NCBI GenBank assembly: GCA_043818395.1
Contig: JBDRFZ010000030.1
Span: forward strand, 10,704-74,703
Length of the DNA stretch: 64,000 bases
Direction of reading: 5' to 3'
DNA from: Patescibacteria group bacterium
GTDB lineage: Bacteria; Patescibacteriota; Patescibacteriia; 2-12-FULL-60-25
The notes below the pieces were generated by a model, which was not told the DNA's origin, did not search any database, and worked only from the letters and a program-made list of their open reading frames with translations. Below, in pieces: positions 1 through 11,030 of this stretch (position 1 is the first letter of the stretch; each line of letters starts with the position of its first letter). Position numbers and translations under genes: made by a program.

Positions 1-684
1 AATTGGGATCAGGATGCATTTACGGATCTTGATCGAATTACGTATCTGAAATTAGCCGTTCCTGCCGCGTCAGGCAAGGATGTTTCGCTTGCATACAGCG
101 TAGGTAACGGTGAGGAAAATATTAAACTTGAAAATGGTTGGTCGAAAAATGTAGTACTGACCGCCGAAGAAGCCAAGAAATTTGTCATCACTAAAGTTGA
201 TGGTCCGGCCATGGCTGTATTCACAAGATCTGTTACATCTTTGCCAAAAATCAGTCCGGACATTTCCCTGAGACGATCTTTTTCCAGACTCGACGGATCT
301 AGTCTGGATAATTTAACAGAAGGCGATACGGTGCTTGTTAAGTTAAATATAAGTTGGGCCGAAACCGCCCAAGACGGTTGCTATCATGTCCGTGATTTTT
401 TACCGGCAGGATTAGCGCCTTCGGTTAGTGTGTATTTTAATCCATATAGTTGGTATGAAGGTGATTGGTATCCAAGCACCAGACAGGGCAATGAGGTCTC
501 GTTTATAATTTGCAAACCATACAATGCTAATAAGCAGGTTGAAAAAGAAATCACTTATCAGGCTCGCGTCGTAGCACGTGGAGTTTACACGACTGAACCA
601 GCCGTCATGCAAAGCGAAGAAGCGCCTTCGGTCGCAGCTCTAAGTTCCAAACCAGAAGAGAAGATTACTGTCACCATTAAATGA
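1..684 (+). CDS. alpha-2-macroglobulin-family protein, C-terminal fragment (5' end outside window)
   Basis: Frame 1 is open from base 1 into the listed 211..684 ORF. The C-terminal peptide (GCYHVRDFLPAGLAP ... YQARVVARGVYTTEPAV) resembles the C-terminal domain of bacterial alpha-2-macroglobulins (recalled, not searched). Confidence 0.45.
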   Translation, partial: NWDQDAFTDLDRITYLKLAVPAASGKDVSLAYSVGNGEENIKLENGWSKNVVLTAEEAKKFVITKVDGPAMAVFTRSVTSLPKISPDISLRRSFSRLDGSSLDNLTEGDTVLVKLNISWAETAQDGCYHVRDFLPAGLAPSVSVYFNPYSWYEGDWYPSTRQGNEVSFIICKPYNANKQVEKEITYQARVVARGVYTTEPAVMQSEEAPSVAALSSKPEEKITVTIK

Positions 685-1715
685 AAAGAAAAGATTTTAC
701 TATTCTCGTAAAAGCGGGGATGCTCATGACGGCGGCCATTTTGGTCGCCGTCTTGGGCTGGAAGCTGTTGTTTGTATTTCCACGTCAAACAAGGTTGAGC
801 GATGACCTTCGCTATTCTCGCGACTTGTTCCGATCGCAGTATCGGGAAAACGGGAACACGGTGTTGGATGCGTTTAATCCAGCTAGTAGCGATACTGCAA
901 TCGTGACAAGTTATACGAATGACGAAATAATCCAAACGCGGGATTTTTATGACGAGGTTAATTTTCAAAACGCTTTTCAAAAAAAATCCACGACAAAGAT
1001 AAAAGGCTTCGTCATCGCCGGTCTCGTCAATCATCATGCGCTGGCGCAGACTTTAATTGTCGAATTTTTTGCGTCATTAAAATCAATTAATCAAAAAATT
1101 GATCGTGTTGTGATAATTTCACCGGACCACAATAAAGCCGGCCGTGGTTCCATAACTACGCATTTACGTCCTTACGCTACGCCTGACGGCCCGGTTTACG
1201 TCGACACTTCGTTTGTCGAGCTGCTAGTCGAACGAAATCTCTTGGTTGTAGATAATGGGACCATGTTCGAAAAAGAGCACGGTGTAGGCGCGCTCGTGCC
1301 GTTTATTCATCATGAATTTCCGAGCGCTTTGATCGTACCGTTTGCCGTACGCGGGAATGCAATGAAAGACGAATTGCTTAATTTCGGCCGAGCGCTTTCC
1401 CGTCTTGTCGATCAAAACACGATCATTATTATTTCATCTGACATGAGCCACTATCTACCAACAGAACAAGCTTTAAAAAATGACAAAGTTACACTTGATT
1501 GGTTAAAGACCTTAAATTTTTCTGAACTCGCTAAAGCGGATGACGACTATTTGGATAACGGCGCGGCCATGGCTGTTCTGGACGGGGTATTTTTGGAGCA
1601 AAAAATTAAACCGACATTTCTGTCCATTGATCATTCGATTTCAACCAAATACGGCGCCGATCCGAGCAATACGACTTCATATATCACGGGGGTTTGGACG
1701 AGACCTGCTGAGTGA
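681..1715 (+). CDS. Memo-like protein (AmmeMemoRadiSam system protein B family) with N-terminal membrane anchor
   Basis: 344-aa ORF with an ATGA overlap onto the upstream stop. Motifs VIISPDH, EHGVGALVPFI and ISSDMSHY occur in the order expected for MEMO1-type metal-site residues. A hydrophobic helix lies near the N-terminus. Confidence 0.5.
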   Translation: MKRKDFTILVKAGMLMTAAILVAVLGWKLLFVFPRQTRLSDDLRYSRDLFRSQYRENGNTVLDAFNPASSDTAIVTSYTNDEIIQTRDFYDEVNFQNAFQKKSTTKIKGFVIAGLVNHHALAQTLIVEFFASLKSINQKIDRVVIISPDHNKAGRGSITTHLRPYATPDGPVYVDTSFVELLVERNLLVVDNGTMFEKEHGVGALVPFIHHEFPSALIVPFAVRGNAMKDELLNFGRALSRLVDQNTIIIISSDMSHYLPTEQALKNDKVTLDWLKTLNFSELAKADDDYLDNGAAMAVLDGVFLEQKIKPTFLSIDHSISTKYGADPSNTTSYITGVWTRPAE

Positions 1716-1719
1716 CGCT

Positions 1720-2157
1720 TCAATCGTTCAATATTCTCTCTAAAATCTTCACAGCATCCTCCTTCATGACATCGTGATGAATTTTCTTTCCGATTTTTTC
1801 TCCGGCCTGGTTGGATATTTCCTGGGAAAGTTTATGTTCAACTTCAGCCGGCATAATGAGATGGATTTTTTTTATGCCATGGTGCGCCACCAAATCCTCA
1901 ATTTGTTCCACAATTTTTTTAACGAATGTTTTTAACCTGGCCGTATCATCCGAATCAGCTGCCGGATCGCCATGACGTGATTCGTCAGCTGATGCGAAGT
2001 AGCCTTCGCTGTCCTGCTTATTTTCACGAGGCTCGGCTACGCTGTCTAGCTCCTCAAAGCTGTCACCGCCGGCTAAAAACAATTTAGCAATAATTGAATC
2101 GCTCGTGACGATTAAAGTAGGTTGTGGAAATTTTTGCAACGAAGATGGAATTTTCAT
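1720..2157 (-). CDS. hypothetical acidic protein
   Basis: 145-aa ORF packed tightly against gpsA, with backbone-like AT-rich codon usage. No motif recognised. Confidence 0.45.
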   Translation of the reverse strand: MKIPSSLQKFPQPTLIVTSDSIIAKLFLAGGDSFEELDSVAEPRENKQDSEGYFASADESRHGDPAADSDDTARLKTFVKKIVEQIEDLVAHHGIKKIHLIMPAEVEHKLSQEISNQAGEKIGKKIHHDVMKEDAVKILERILND

Positions 2158-2158
2158 A

Positions 2159-3151
2159 TTAGGAAAATTTAAGATTCTTTAAATAGTTTAAAAAAGGTTT
2201 TTCGAAGTGTTTTTTTGCCGATAGGCATCGGGCCACAGTTCGTAGTAGCGGCGCTTCTAGTTTTAGCTTTTTTACGAGTTTTATCCCCAAAAAGCAGCTA
2301 GGTATCCCCTCGACGGTCATTAAACCGAGTTTTTGCGGATCGCGCGTCTTGGCATAAACCAAGCGTTCGCCATAAGTCCTATTGCGGCCATGCGGTGACA
2401 AGCCTGTTACCAGAAGATCGCCCAGTCCGGCCAGAGAGAAAGTAGTTTTTTGTTCTGCACCGATTGCTTTTAATATTCGTGACATTTCATCCAAAGCAGC
2501 GGTTATTACCATAGCCTTGGTATTGGTCGGGTAATTGAGTCCGTCGCACAGGCCGAGTGGGACGGCGTAAATATTTTTTAGAGCCATGGCCATGCTTACA
2601 CCCATAAAATCCGATGATATGGCTATGCGAAGATTCTCATTTTCCAATAATTTTTTCAAGTGGATTTTAGGTTTCATTTCACCGGCTAAAATAAGTCCTG
2701 CTGGTTTCTTGATGGCTAACTCCATAGCTACCGCCGGACCGCCGATGACGCACAAGTTTTTTTTGAGATTCTTTGGAAGTAATGCGGTAACCGTATAAGC
2801 AATGGGTTTTAGTGTTATCGGATCCAATCCCTTAGTTATGCAACCGATAGTGGAATCTTGTTCGAAATGTGGCGCTGAAAGCTCCATGACTTTTTTGATG
2901 GCGTGGCTTGGCACGGCAATGATAACCGCTTCCGCATCTTTAAGCGCTTCGGATGGATGTGCGCAGGCGCTGATATTTTTGGGTAAATTAATCCCCTTCA
3001 AATACTTTGTATTTCGGTGTCGAAGGTTGATTTCCCTTGTCACGGCGTCTTCGATGCTATAGAGCCGGATGGGTATTTCGTGTTTGGCCAAAATTACGGC
3101 GAGCGCCGTGGCAATGTTTCCAGCCCCCAAAAAAGCGATTGATTTTGGCAT
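2159..3151 (-). CDS. gpsA: NAD(P)H-dependent glycerol-3-phosphate dehydrogenase
   Basis: N-terminal Rossmann motif IAFLGAGNIATALA and the signature GLGDLLVTGLSPHGRNRTYGERL. Start moved to MPKSIAFLG, so the first 7 codons of the listed ORF are dropped. Confidence 0.85.
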   Translation of the reverse strand: MPKSIAFLGAGNIATALAVILAKHEIPIRLYSIEDAVTREINLRHRNTKYLKGINLPKNISACAHPSEALKDAEAVIIAVPSHAIKKVMELSAPHFEQDSTIGCITKGLDPITLKPIAYTVTALLPKNLKKNLCVIGGPAVAMELAIKKPAGLILAGEMKPKIHLKKLLENENLRIAISSDFMGVSMAMALKNIYAVPLGLCDGLNYPTNTKAMVITAALDEMSRILKAIGAEQKTTFSLAGLGDLLVTGLSPHGRNRTYGERLVYAKTRDPQKLGLMTVEGIPSCFLGIKLVKKLKLEAPLLRTVARCLSAKKHFEKPFLNYLKNLKFS

Positions 3152-3198
3152 AATGATACCCAAGCATAGCACGCTGAAAAGCGCTTACAAAAATCGAT

Positions 3199-4797
3199 TT
3201 ATTTATCTCTTGTAAATACCTTGATGGTTCCGGATTCAAAAGGCTGGTGCCAATTTTCTGCGGAGAGGGATTTGTTTAAAATCGTATCTTGGTTCGTATC
3301 GGTAATTATAATATCTGTAATCGGAAGCGTGGCAAGTAATTCGCGTACTTCGTCTTCATCTTGGCTCGTGGTCAACCGTTTCCATTCTTCACGTTTTCTT
3401 AAATAATCCGGAGTTTCATGGTCATGCGCGACGTAAACCGTTTTGCTGGAATATGCCGGCGTCCACATATTAATCCACTTGTCGTCAGAGATGATGACGG
3501 AAGAATCATCGGCTCGCATGTTTAAAAAATTCCAGGCTGAAAATACGTCATACGGCTGGTAAAACCAGTGGCGATTTTCCGGGTTAGACGCCCAGGCTAG
3601 CTGTGTTGTAAGAAGGTGCAGGGGTGAAAGTGAAGCGCCCAAAATAAAAATACCGGACATCAGAATATTAATGGTTCTAGATGGCTTGTTCCAAATCCAG
3701 TCACGGATAGCCAGCCAGACCGGCAGAGTCAGCATGACGAGCGAAATATTCAAACCTTCAGTCAGTTTGCGTTTGAATGGTAACGGTAGAATTAAACAGA
3801 TGGCAACGGATGCGATCCAGGCCAAGAGCCAATGTTCCTTTGCAGTTAAACGTATCTTTTTTCTGATTCTCCAGATAATCGCCAAGATGAATGGCAATAT
3901 CGTGATTAGCCACATGCTCCAGGGTGCCAACGGCAGGATATTGACCACGGTATAATGGGTATAAAATATTTTATCGAAATAAAGCGGGATATAAACCGCT
4001 GCGGCTGGTAATAAGCTTACTAAAAGAGGAAGCAGAAGAAAGGCCGTTTGTTTAGGAGCTGACCAGGATCGCGAATGGATGATCGCTATAAACGAAAATA
4101 TTGCAAAAACAAAAATAAAATATGGATGAAAAAGTAGGAGTAGTGATAAAAATAATGAAGCGAGGGCCGATTTTTTTAATGACAATTCCGAAAATGCATC
4201 CCAGACCAAACGTAAAGCGGTAATAAGTAAAGCGAGTGAGAGAATGGCATGAGCTCCTCCTAGAACCAGCGGACCGAGCGAAAATTCGGTCATGAGATCC
4301 GGAGAGGAATACGTCGTGGGCGTCCAGAGACCGTAGATGGATAAGTAAATGGAATGGATCCAGCCCGTGCTGACGCCGGCAAAGCAGAGTATAGTTGCCA
4401 GTCTGGCATCCCGTTCGTTATCGACGGTTTTTTTCGCCATGAAATAAACAGCGAAAACCAAAATAATAGAAAAAAAGGTGCGAGCCGACTCGTGGATTAT
4501 TATCGGATGGATTTGAAGCATCGAAAGCGTTCCTAGAAGAGACCAGACAGCGTCAAAACGCTTCATGGTCGGTTCCACGGAAAAAAGATTGGAAAGCAAT
4601 AAATGCTCGTTTTCACCTTGTTTTAAATATGAAAAATAAACTGCGGTATCACTTGAATTTTGAATTGTACAACCAAGCCATCTGTAGCCCGTCGGTGCTG
4701 AATACCAAAGCAAAGCAGCTAGAAATGCTAGGGCAACCGCTAAGCTAAGACTAAACGCCAAGGGAAAGCGCAAACTTTTTATTTTATTTTTTAACAT
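3199..4797 (-). CDS. polytopic membrane protein (possibly a glycosyltransferase-39/ArnT-like fold)
   Basis: 532 aa with more than 10 hydrophobic helices followed by a soluble C-terminal domain. Its start overlaps the upstream stop (TAATG). The fold assignment is a guess. Confidence 0.55.
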   Translation of the reverse strand: MLKNKIKSLRFPLAFSLSLAVALAFLAALLWYSAPTGYRWLGCTIQNSSDTAVYFSYLKQGENEHLLLSNLFSVEPTMKRFDAVWSLLGTLSMLQIHPIIIHESARTFFSIILVFAVYFMAKKTVDNERDARLATILCFAGVSTGWIHSIYLSIYGLWTPTTYSSPDLMTEFSLGPLVLGGAHAILSLALLITALRLVWDAFSELSLKKSALASLFLSLLLLFHPYFIFVFAIFSFIAIIHSRSWSAPKQTAFLLLPLLVSLLPAAAVYIPLYFDKIFYTHYTVVNILPLAPWSMWLITILPFILAIIWRIRKKIRLTAKEHWLLAWIASVAICLILPLPFKRKLTEGLNISLVMLTLPVWLAIRDWIWNKPSRTINILMSGIFILGASLSPLHLLTTQLAWASNPENRHWFYQPYDVFSAWNFLNMRADDSSVIISDDKWINMWTPAYSSKTVYVAHDHETPDYLRKREEWKRLTTSQDEDEVRELLATLPITDIIITDTNQDTILNKSLSAENWHQPFESGTIKVFTRDK

Positions 4798-5909
4798 TAT
4801 TGACGCTCGATTAATGGTACCACGACCTTGTAATCTTCCGTTTCTCCATTTTCTTGTTTACGGATTCCACTGGCAACAAGCGATGGTATGAGTAGCGTTT
4901 TTCCAGAATCGTCTTTCGTATCTTCGTAAAGCAAATATTCGTAGTCGAATTTATTTAAATTTAATTCTCCAGAGGCGCCCGATAAGCCGCATTGGTTTAA
5001 AAGATCGTCGACCAGCGGCTTGGTCAATGCCGGGTAGTCCGATTTTTCCGGTTCTGACGGCAATTCTATTCTTCCTTCGGTGACAGCGCCGGTCGTCATA
5101 TCAACAGCTAACTCGATGCCGTAGACCGGATTTCCATTCTTTTTAATTATCATACGGCCATCAGTTTTTTTGGCATACCTGACAATTTGTTCGGCAGGAT
5201 ATTCGAAATCCACGCAACGAGAATTGTTTTTTGATGCTAGATCAGGCAAGTTAATTGTAAACGGCGTCAATTTTTTTAGAGCATCTTTAAGTACCGCTAA
5301 GCCGCGCGCGTCCAAGCATTTTTTTCCGGTCTCTGATTTCGCTTGCCATTCATTCCAATCTGGCACGACTTGGGCTTCGGCGAAATCAGTCAAGTCAAAA
5401 GCCATGTCGCGTAAAAAGTCTGAAGCGACTAAAGTAATTTTTTCGTTTTCAGGTAGCTTTGAGACTGTTATCGTTTTATTTACATTTTTTTCGGTCGTGA
5501 ACGTGAGCAGTTTTTTTGATGCAACATAAGTCCAGCTCACGCCTTTGGCATCTTTCCAGTTTAAAGTTAGATCGCGGTCCGCTTGCTGATCGCCGATAAC
5601 GCTTTGTGGGATGCTAATGGCTGCGGCGATATTTTGCAATTCCGTATCATTCGGCGAACCGCGTTTAACTTTTAATACGGTTATAGTATCCGGAAGTTTT
5701 GGAAAATCGCCGGACAGCGTAACTTTAGCTGTACAACGAGGATATTGAATCGTGGGTAGTTTACCGAAACCTTGCTTCGTGGCAGGTGGAGTTTCTTTGG
5801 CGATAAAAGGTTCAGCCGCCTTTAAAAGCGGCGGTTGTTCGACACAGCCACTTCCGAAAAGGCATAAAGCCAGTAAGAAAAATAGGTATTTAAAACCGGA
5901 TTTCTCCAT
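4797..5909 (-). CDS. secreted lipoprotein-like hypothetical protein
   Basis: Signal peptide with a lipobox-like LFGSGC. 370 aa, translationally coupled to the downstream membrane protein. Confidence 0.55.
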   Translation of the reverse strand: MEKSGFKYLFFLLALCLFGSGCVEQPPLLKAAEPFIAKETPPATKQGFGKLPTIQYPRCTAKVTLSGDFPKLPDTITVLKVKRGSPNDTELQNIAAAISIPQSVIGDQQADRDLTLNWKDAKGVSWTYVASKKLLTFTTEKNVNKTITVSKLPENEKITLVASDFLRDMAFDLTDFAEAQVVPDWNEWQAKSETGKKCLDARGLAVLKDALKKLTPFTINLPDLASKNNSRCVDFEYPAEQIVRYAKKTDGRMIIKKNGNPVYGIELAVDMTTGAVTEGRIELPSEPEKSDYPALTKPLVDDLLNQCGLSGASGELNLNKFDYEYLLYEDTKDDSGKTLLIPSLVASGIRKQENGETEDYKVVVPLIERQ

Positions 5910-5954
5910 AACGATCCAGATTGTTTATGCTAGATTAGCCAAATAACTTATAAA

Positions 5955-5986
5955 TTGACAACAGTATGATTTCATTAACATACTGT
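5955..5986 (+). promoter_or_regulatory. TTGACA hexamer followed by palindrome ACAGTATG-N10-CATACTGT upstream of the copper genes (candidate operator)
   Basis: TTGACA lies at 5955-5960. The perfect 8-bp inverted repeat arms lie at 5961-5968 and 5979-5986, about 65 nt upstream of the 6051 start. Confidence 0.35.
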
Positions 5987-6050
5987 CATTATAGGGCTTT
6001 TGGGTAATACTTCCGAGTACGAAATTAATCAATACTATAAATACAAAAAT

Positions 6051-7367
6051 ATGTCACGAGTAAAAGTCTGGAGAGTCAGCGGTATGCACTGCGTTTCGTG
6101 CGAATGCCTAATAAGCAATGCTCTAAACGATCTCCCCGGAGTTAGGGAGGTAGAGGTATCGCTTAAATCAGCTAAAGCCGCAGTACGTTTAAGCGATGAT
6201 GCCAAAGAACCTGATTTAAATTTGATTAATGATCAGCTTTCGGCTCATGGGTATATTTTATATCCTGATGGTTGTGAGATGCCCGGTAATTTATTGCCTT
6301 ACAAGAAGCGTTTGATTAGAGCCGTCGTGGCATTGCTTTGCGTTTTGTTGTTTGTCGCAGTTTTTGGATCTTTCAGAAATTCGCTTCCGTCAATATCGGT
6401 AGGAGCTTCGTTCGGAGCGGTGTTTCTTTTTGGGCTTTTAGCTTCGGTATCAAGTTGCTTAGCGACCACCGGAGGGTTCATGCTGGCTTATAGCGCGGAA
6501 ACAAAATCAAGACGGAAAACCGTACTGATGCATACCGGCAGACTGGTAACATTTGTTTTAGGTGGTGCGCTTTTGGGGGCAATTGGCAATTTACTGCCGA
6601 CTTATTCTCCGGCTTGGTATGGTCTGTTTGCTCTTGTTTTAGGTGTTGGTTTTGTAGTCGTTGCTTTGAATATGTTGGATTTAGCACCATCGCTTTCGAA
6701 GCTTGGTATCAGGTTTCCGTCCGGAGCTCATTCTTTAGCTGATAAATTACGTAAACGCCCGGGAAGTATCGTGCCGTTTGCGGTCGGTGCTCTGACTTTT
6801 ATTCTGCCATGCGGCTTCACGCAAACAGCACAGGCTTTAGCGTTGGCGTCTTCGTCATGGATTAGGGGTGCGTATATTATGTTAGCTTTCGCTCTGGGGA
6901 CGTTACCCGTTTTACTTGGTTTGACCTCGCTTGCGGCCAATGCAGTTTTAAAGAACAGGGCATTAAAATTAGCAGCCGGAGCGGTCATGTTCCTCTTTGC
7001 CTTGATGCAGATTAATTCCGGACTGACGATTTTTGGTGTAACTCTGCCTTCGATAAATTCAAAAATCAGTACGACGCAAACTACGTCTCAAGATTCTGAT
7101 TCAAATATTCAGGTCATTAAGATGGAAGTGACGAGTACTGGTTATTCACCTAGCGCCTTTACTCTTAAAAAAGGCATACCCGTCAGATGGGAGATTGATG
7201 CTAAGGATTTAAGCGGTTGCAATCAAACGTTGGTTTCGCGCGAACTTAATATTTCAAAAAATTTAACCAAAGGAGCGAATGTTATTAATTTTACTCCGGA
7301 AAAAATTGGAACCATCGCTTTTTCATGCAGTATGGGCATGATCCGTGGTAGTTTTAAAGTCATCTAG
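6051..7367 (+). CDS. HMA domain / TauE-SafE-like permease / cupredoxin-like C-terminal domain fusion protein
   Basis: N-terminal GMHCVSCE metal-binding motif, then multiple transmembrane helices of the sulfite-exporter TauE/SafE type, then a soluble beta-rich C-terminus. Sits directly upstream of copA. Start taken at [11 protein letters not shown]. Confidence 0.65.
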   Translation: MSRVKVWRVSGMHCVSCECLISNALNDLPGVREVEVSLKSAKAAVRLSDDAKEPDLNLINDQLSAHGYILYPDGCEMPGNLLPYKKRLIRAVVALLCVLLFVAVFGSFRNSLPSISVGASFGAVFLFGLLASVSSCLATTGGFMLAYSAETKSRRKTVLMHTGRLVTFVLGGALLGAIGNLLPTYSPAWYGLFALVLGVGFVVVALNMLDLAPSLSKLGIRFPSGAHSLADKLRKRPGSIVPFAVGALTFILPCGFTQTAQALALASSSWIRGAYIMLAFALGTLPVLLGLTSLAANAVLKNRALKLAAGAVMFLFALMQINSGLTIFGVTLPSINSKISTTQTTSQDSDSNIQVIKMEVTSTGYSPSAFTLKKGIPVRWEIDAKDLSGCNQTLVSRELNISKNLTKGANVINFTPEKIGTIAFSCSMGMIRGSFKVI

Positions 7368-7368
7368 T

Positions 7369-9570
7369 ATGAAAACCATCACTATCCCTATCAAAGGAAT
7401 GCATTGTGCATCTTGTGCGATAACGAACGAACAGGCTTTGCGTGCCGTAGATGGGGTAGAGAAAGCCGCGGTTAATTATGCTACGGAAAGAGCCGTAGTT
7501 GATTATGATGAAAATATTGCTAAACCTGAATCATTGGCCGAAGCTATTCGTAAAAACGGTTATGAGCCGGTTTTATCATCTCTCGGAGATCAGGAGTCTC
7601 GTGGGATGAAAGAGATGAATCGTGGCGGTGATATTAAATCATCGGGTTTAGCATTAGCGTTTTTGTTTATAGCGCCGCTACTCGTAAGCATGTTTATCAC
7701 GCCTGGTCTGGGTTCAGTCGGTGGTTATTCTGTTTGGGGAGCAATGAATATGGTATCGGCTTGGTTTCTGGTGGTTTTTTTTGGCAGGAAATTTCACCAA
7801 GGCACATACAACGAGTTGAAACATTTTCGTGCCAACATGGACACGTTGGTCACGGTCGGTACCGGCTCAGCGCTCCTTTGGAGTACGTATGCATTTTTTG
7901 CAGGACGACCTAAAGAAATTTATTTTGAAGTCGCAGGTTTTATCGTGGTTTTGTTGCTTTTCGGCAAGTGGCTTGAATCGCGTCAGCGCATGAAGGCGGG
8001 CTCGGCTATCCAGTTGTTATTAAATTTAAATGCAAAATTAGCTCACAGACTTAAATCAGATAATTTGCAGGAAGACATTGATCCTAAAAATTTAAAACCA
8101 GGCGATTTATGTTTGGTTAAACCGGGCGAAAGTATTCCGATGGATGGCGAGGTCATATCCGGAGCAACAACGATTGATGAATCAATGCTGACCGGTGAAT
8201 CCATGCCGGTAGAAAAATTAACCGGAGATAAAGTTTACGGAGCAACCATAAATGGACGAGGAACTTTCACAATGCGGGTAACCGTCATGCCTGGTAAATC
8301 CGTACTTGATGCCATTGTGGCGACGGTTGAGCATGCGTTATCCAACAAATCACCGGTTGAAAAATTGGTAGACAGGATATCCGGTATTTTTGTACCAGCC
8401 GTTATTTTGTCTTCAGTAATTACAGCGATTGTTTGGTTTTTTTTGGGAGCCGCTCCTGGAGCTGTCGTAACTCACGCGGTCGCGGTTCTTATCGTAGCCT
8501 GTCCTTGCGCTTTAGGTCTGGCGACGCCGGCGGCTATCATGGTCGGTGCCGGAGCCGGAGCTAAAAATGGAGTTTTGATTAAGGATGGTGCTGCGCTTGA
8601 AGCGGCAAGAAATATTGAGGTTGTAGTTTTTGATAAAACCGGAACTTTAACCAAAGGTAGTCCACAGATAACTGATATCGTTCCGTTTGTCGGTGATGAG
8701 AGATCATTATTAGCTGCAGCCGCCTCACTGGAAAATGCTTCAGAGCACCCGCTCGCAAAAGCCGTGTTGCAAGCAAGCAAGGAGAAGAATATTTCTTTGC
8801 TGCAGACAGAAAGTGTTTTTGCGATTCCAGGCAAAGGAGTATCGGGATTGATCGATGGAAAAAGAGCTTTATTGGGAAAACCGGAATTTTTAAGCGAGCA
8901 AGGCATCTCGTTGTCAGAACAAGTGTCGCATCAAGTCGAAGCTATGTGCTTTGATGCCAAGACGGTGATTGCCGTTGCTCTGGAAGGAGTTTTGTTGGGG
9001 CTTATTGCGGCTCGTGATCCTGCCAGAGCAGGTGCCAAGGAGGCGGTACAGAGCTTAAAAGACATGGGACTTGAGACGATAATGATAACCGGTGACAATA
9101 AAGTTACTGCTGAGAGTATGGCGACTTCGCTTGGCATTGAAACGGTTTTTTCTAATGTCTCACCGCTGGAAAAAGCCGGACAGATTAAAATTTTGCGAGA
9201 AAACGGAAAAAAGGTCGCGTTCGTCGGCGATGGTTTGAATGATGCGCCTGCTTTAGCCGAATCCGATCTTGGTATCGCTGTCGGTACGGGTACTGATGTA
9301 GCTATTGCCACCGGGCAGATCGTGATTATGGGTGGTTCTCCGGAAAAAGCGGTTTATGCCATCAAGCTTTCGCGTTTAACCTTTCGGATCATCAAGCAGA
9401 ATTTATTTTGGGCCTTTATTTATAATACCATCGGAATTCCTTTGGCGGCCTTTGGGTTATTGAACCCAATGATTGCCGCTTTTGCTATGGCCATGTCGAG
9501 CGTTAGCGTATTAACCAATTCTCTGCGTATTTCAAAGAAATTAAAAATGTACAATGCTGTTCGGACTTGA
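7369..9570 (+). CDS. copA: copper-translocating P1B-type ATPase
   Basis: HMA motif GMHCASCA, transmembrane CPC motif ([11 protein letters not shown]), phosphorylation motif DKTGTLT and hinge [10 protein letters not shown]. Confidence 0.9.
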   Translation: MKTITIPIKGMHCASCAITNEQALRAVDGVEKAAVNYATERAVVDYDENIAKPESLAEAIRKNGYEPVLSSLGDQESRGMKEMNRGGDIKSSGLALAFLFIAPLLVSMFITPGLGSVGGYSVWGAMNMVSAWFLVVFFGRKFHQGTYNELKHFRANMDTLVTVGTGSALLWSTYAFFAGRPKEIYFEVAGFIVVLLLFGKWLESRQRMKAGSAIQLLLNLNAKLAHRLKSDNLQEDIDPKNLKPGDLCLVKPGESIPMDGEVISGATTIDESMLTGESMPVEKLTGDKVYGATINGRGTFTMRVTVMPGKSVLDAIVATVEHALSNKSPVEKLVDRISGIFVPAVILSSVITAIVWFFLGAAPGAVVTHAVAVLIVACPCALGLATPAAIMVGAGAGAKNGVLIKDGAALEAARNIEVVVFDKTGTLTKGSPQITDIVPFVGDERSLLAAAASLENASEHPLAKAVLQASKEKNISLLQTESVFAIPGKGVSGLIDGKRALLGKPEFLSEQGISLSEQVSHQVEAMCFDAKTVIAVALEGVLLGLIAARDPARAGAKEAVQSLKDMGLETIMITGDNKVTAESMATSLGIETVFSNVSPLEKAGQIKILRENGKKVAFVGDGLNDAPALAESDLGIAVGTGTDVAIATGQIVIMGGSPEKAVYAIKLSRLTFRIIKQNLFWAFIYNTIGIPLAAFGLLNPMIAAFAMAMSSVSVLTNSLRISKKLKMYNAVRT

Positions 9571-9766
9571 TTTTTTTTGCGGATTAACATTAATTTACAT
9601 CATTTGCTGTTCTTCTTACCTGGAGATTCGCACTAGTGTATGTGCAGAAAACTAGAGATTGGAGCAAGAGCGGGCAGGGTTTCAAGAATCATCTCGCTTC
9701 TAACCTCGTCTGACATCTTAAAAACTAAAGATGCTTTGGCGAGGTTTTGCGTTTTATCACGGAGCG

Positions 9767-9795
9767 TTGACTCGCTCCTGGTTCGCAATTATAGT
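9767..9795 (+). promoter_or_regulatory. sigma70-like promoter for nifS-nifU-fdx
   Basis: TTGACT (9767-9772), a 17-nt spacer, then TATAGT (9790-9795), 17 nt upstream of the 9812 start. Confidence 0.4.
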
Positions 9796-9811
9796 CATTG
9801 GTAAATCTCTC

Positions 9812-11008
9812 ATGAAAAATATTTATTTGGATAATGCGGCTACTACACTGCTCGACTCTCAGGTTGGTGAGGCTATGCAGCCGTATACTGACAGGATTTT
9901 TGCTAATCCCTCGTCATTCCATAGTCCAGGAGTTGAGGCTAAGCGTGCGTTAGATGTGGCGCGCGTTGAAATCGCCAAGATTTTAAACGCCCATTCAGAT
10001 GAGTTGATTTTTACGTCAGGTGGAACCGAGGCTAATAACCTGGCGCTTTTAGGTGCCGTCCATGCGAATCAAGGCCACGGAAAACATGTTATTACTTCCG
10101 CCATTGAACATCACTCGGTTTTAGAACCGCTAAAGCATCTGCAAAAGAAAGGAGAGATAGATCTTTCTATTTTACCGGTCGACAAATCAGGTTTGGTGTC
10201 GGTTAATGATTTTAAAAAAGCATTAAGACCTGACACGATACTCGTTTCGATCATGTATGCGAATAATGAAATCGGCACCATTGAGCCGATAGCGGATATC
10301 GGACGAATTATCTTGAAACATCGTAAGGAATTAAAAACTGTTTTTCCGATTTTTCATACCGACGCCTGTCAGGCGGCTGGCGTGCTCGATCAAGATGTTC
10401 AAAAGCTTCATGCGGATCTTTTGGTTTTGAACGGTTCAAAAATTTATGGCCCTAAAGGCGTGGGTCTTTTGTTTATCCGACGCGGTATCAAGATCGAGCC
10501 GCTCGTTTTTGGCGGCGGTCAGGAAAAAGGCTTGCGATCCGGAACAGAAAACATGCCCGGTATAGTCGGTTTGGCAAAAGCCCTGGAAATAGCCGAGCGT
10601 AAAAAGGAGAAAGAAAACGCGCGTCTAATTGCCTTGCGTGATCGTCTGATCCATGGGCTACTCAAGATTCCAAAAACGCGACTCAATGGTCATACTGAAA
10701 AGCGTTTGCCAAACAATGTTAACGTAACATTTTTGGATATCGAAGGTGAGGCCGCGGTTTTATATCTTGATGCGAAAGGTATTTATGCTTCGACAGGCTC
10801 TGCCTGCGCCTCCGGTTCGCTTGATCCGTCGCATGTAATATTAGCGACCGGCATGCCTTATGAGGCGGCACATGGCTCTTTGCGATTCACTCTGGGCCGG
10901 CAGACAACGGCGAGCGACGTGGAGCAAGTACTCAAAGTCATGCCGGAGATAATTGCAAAATTGCGTCATATGAGTCCACTGAATTTGGACATGAAGTATT
11001 TTTCTTGA
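9812..11008 (+). CDS. nifS: cysteine desulfurase (NifS/IscS class)
   Basis: IYLDNAATT N-terminus, the PLP region HTDACQAAG ... NGSKIYGPKG and the active-site loop SGSACASG. Start moved to MKNIYLDN. Confidence 0.9.
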   Translation: MKNIYLDNAATTLLDSQVGEAMQPYTDRIFANPSSFHSPGVEAKRALDVARVEIAKILNAHSDELIFTSGGTEANNLALLGAVHANQGHGKHVITSAIEHHSVLEPLKHLQKKGEIDLSILPVDKSGLVSVNDFKKALRPDTILVSIMYANNEIGTIEPIADIGRIILKHRKELKTVFPIFHTDACQAAGVLDQDVQKLHADLLVLNGSKIYGPKGVGLLFIRRGIKIEPLVFGGGQEKGLRSGTENMPGIVGLAKALEIAERKKEKENARLIALRDRLIHGLLKIPKTRLNGHTEKRLPNNVNVTFLDIEGEAAVLYLDAKGIYASTGSACASGSLDPSHVILATGMPYEAAHGSLRFTLGRQTTASDVEQVLKVMPEIIAKLRHMSPLNLDMKYFS

Positions 11009-11030
11009 TACGAAATACGCTATACGAACT

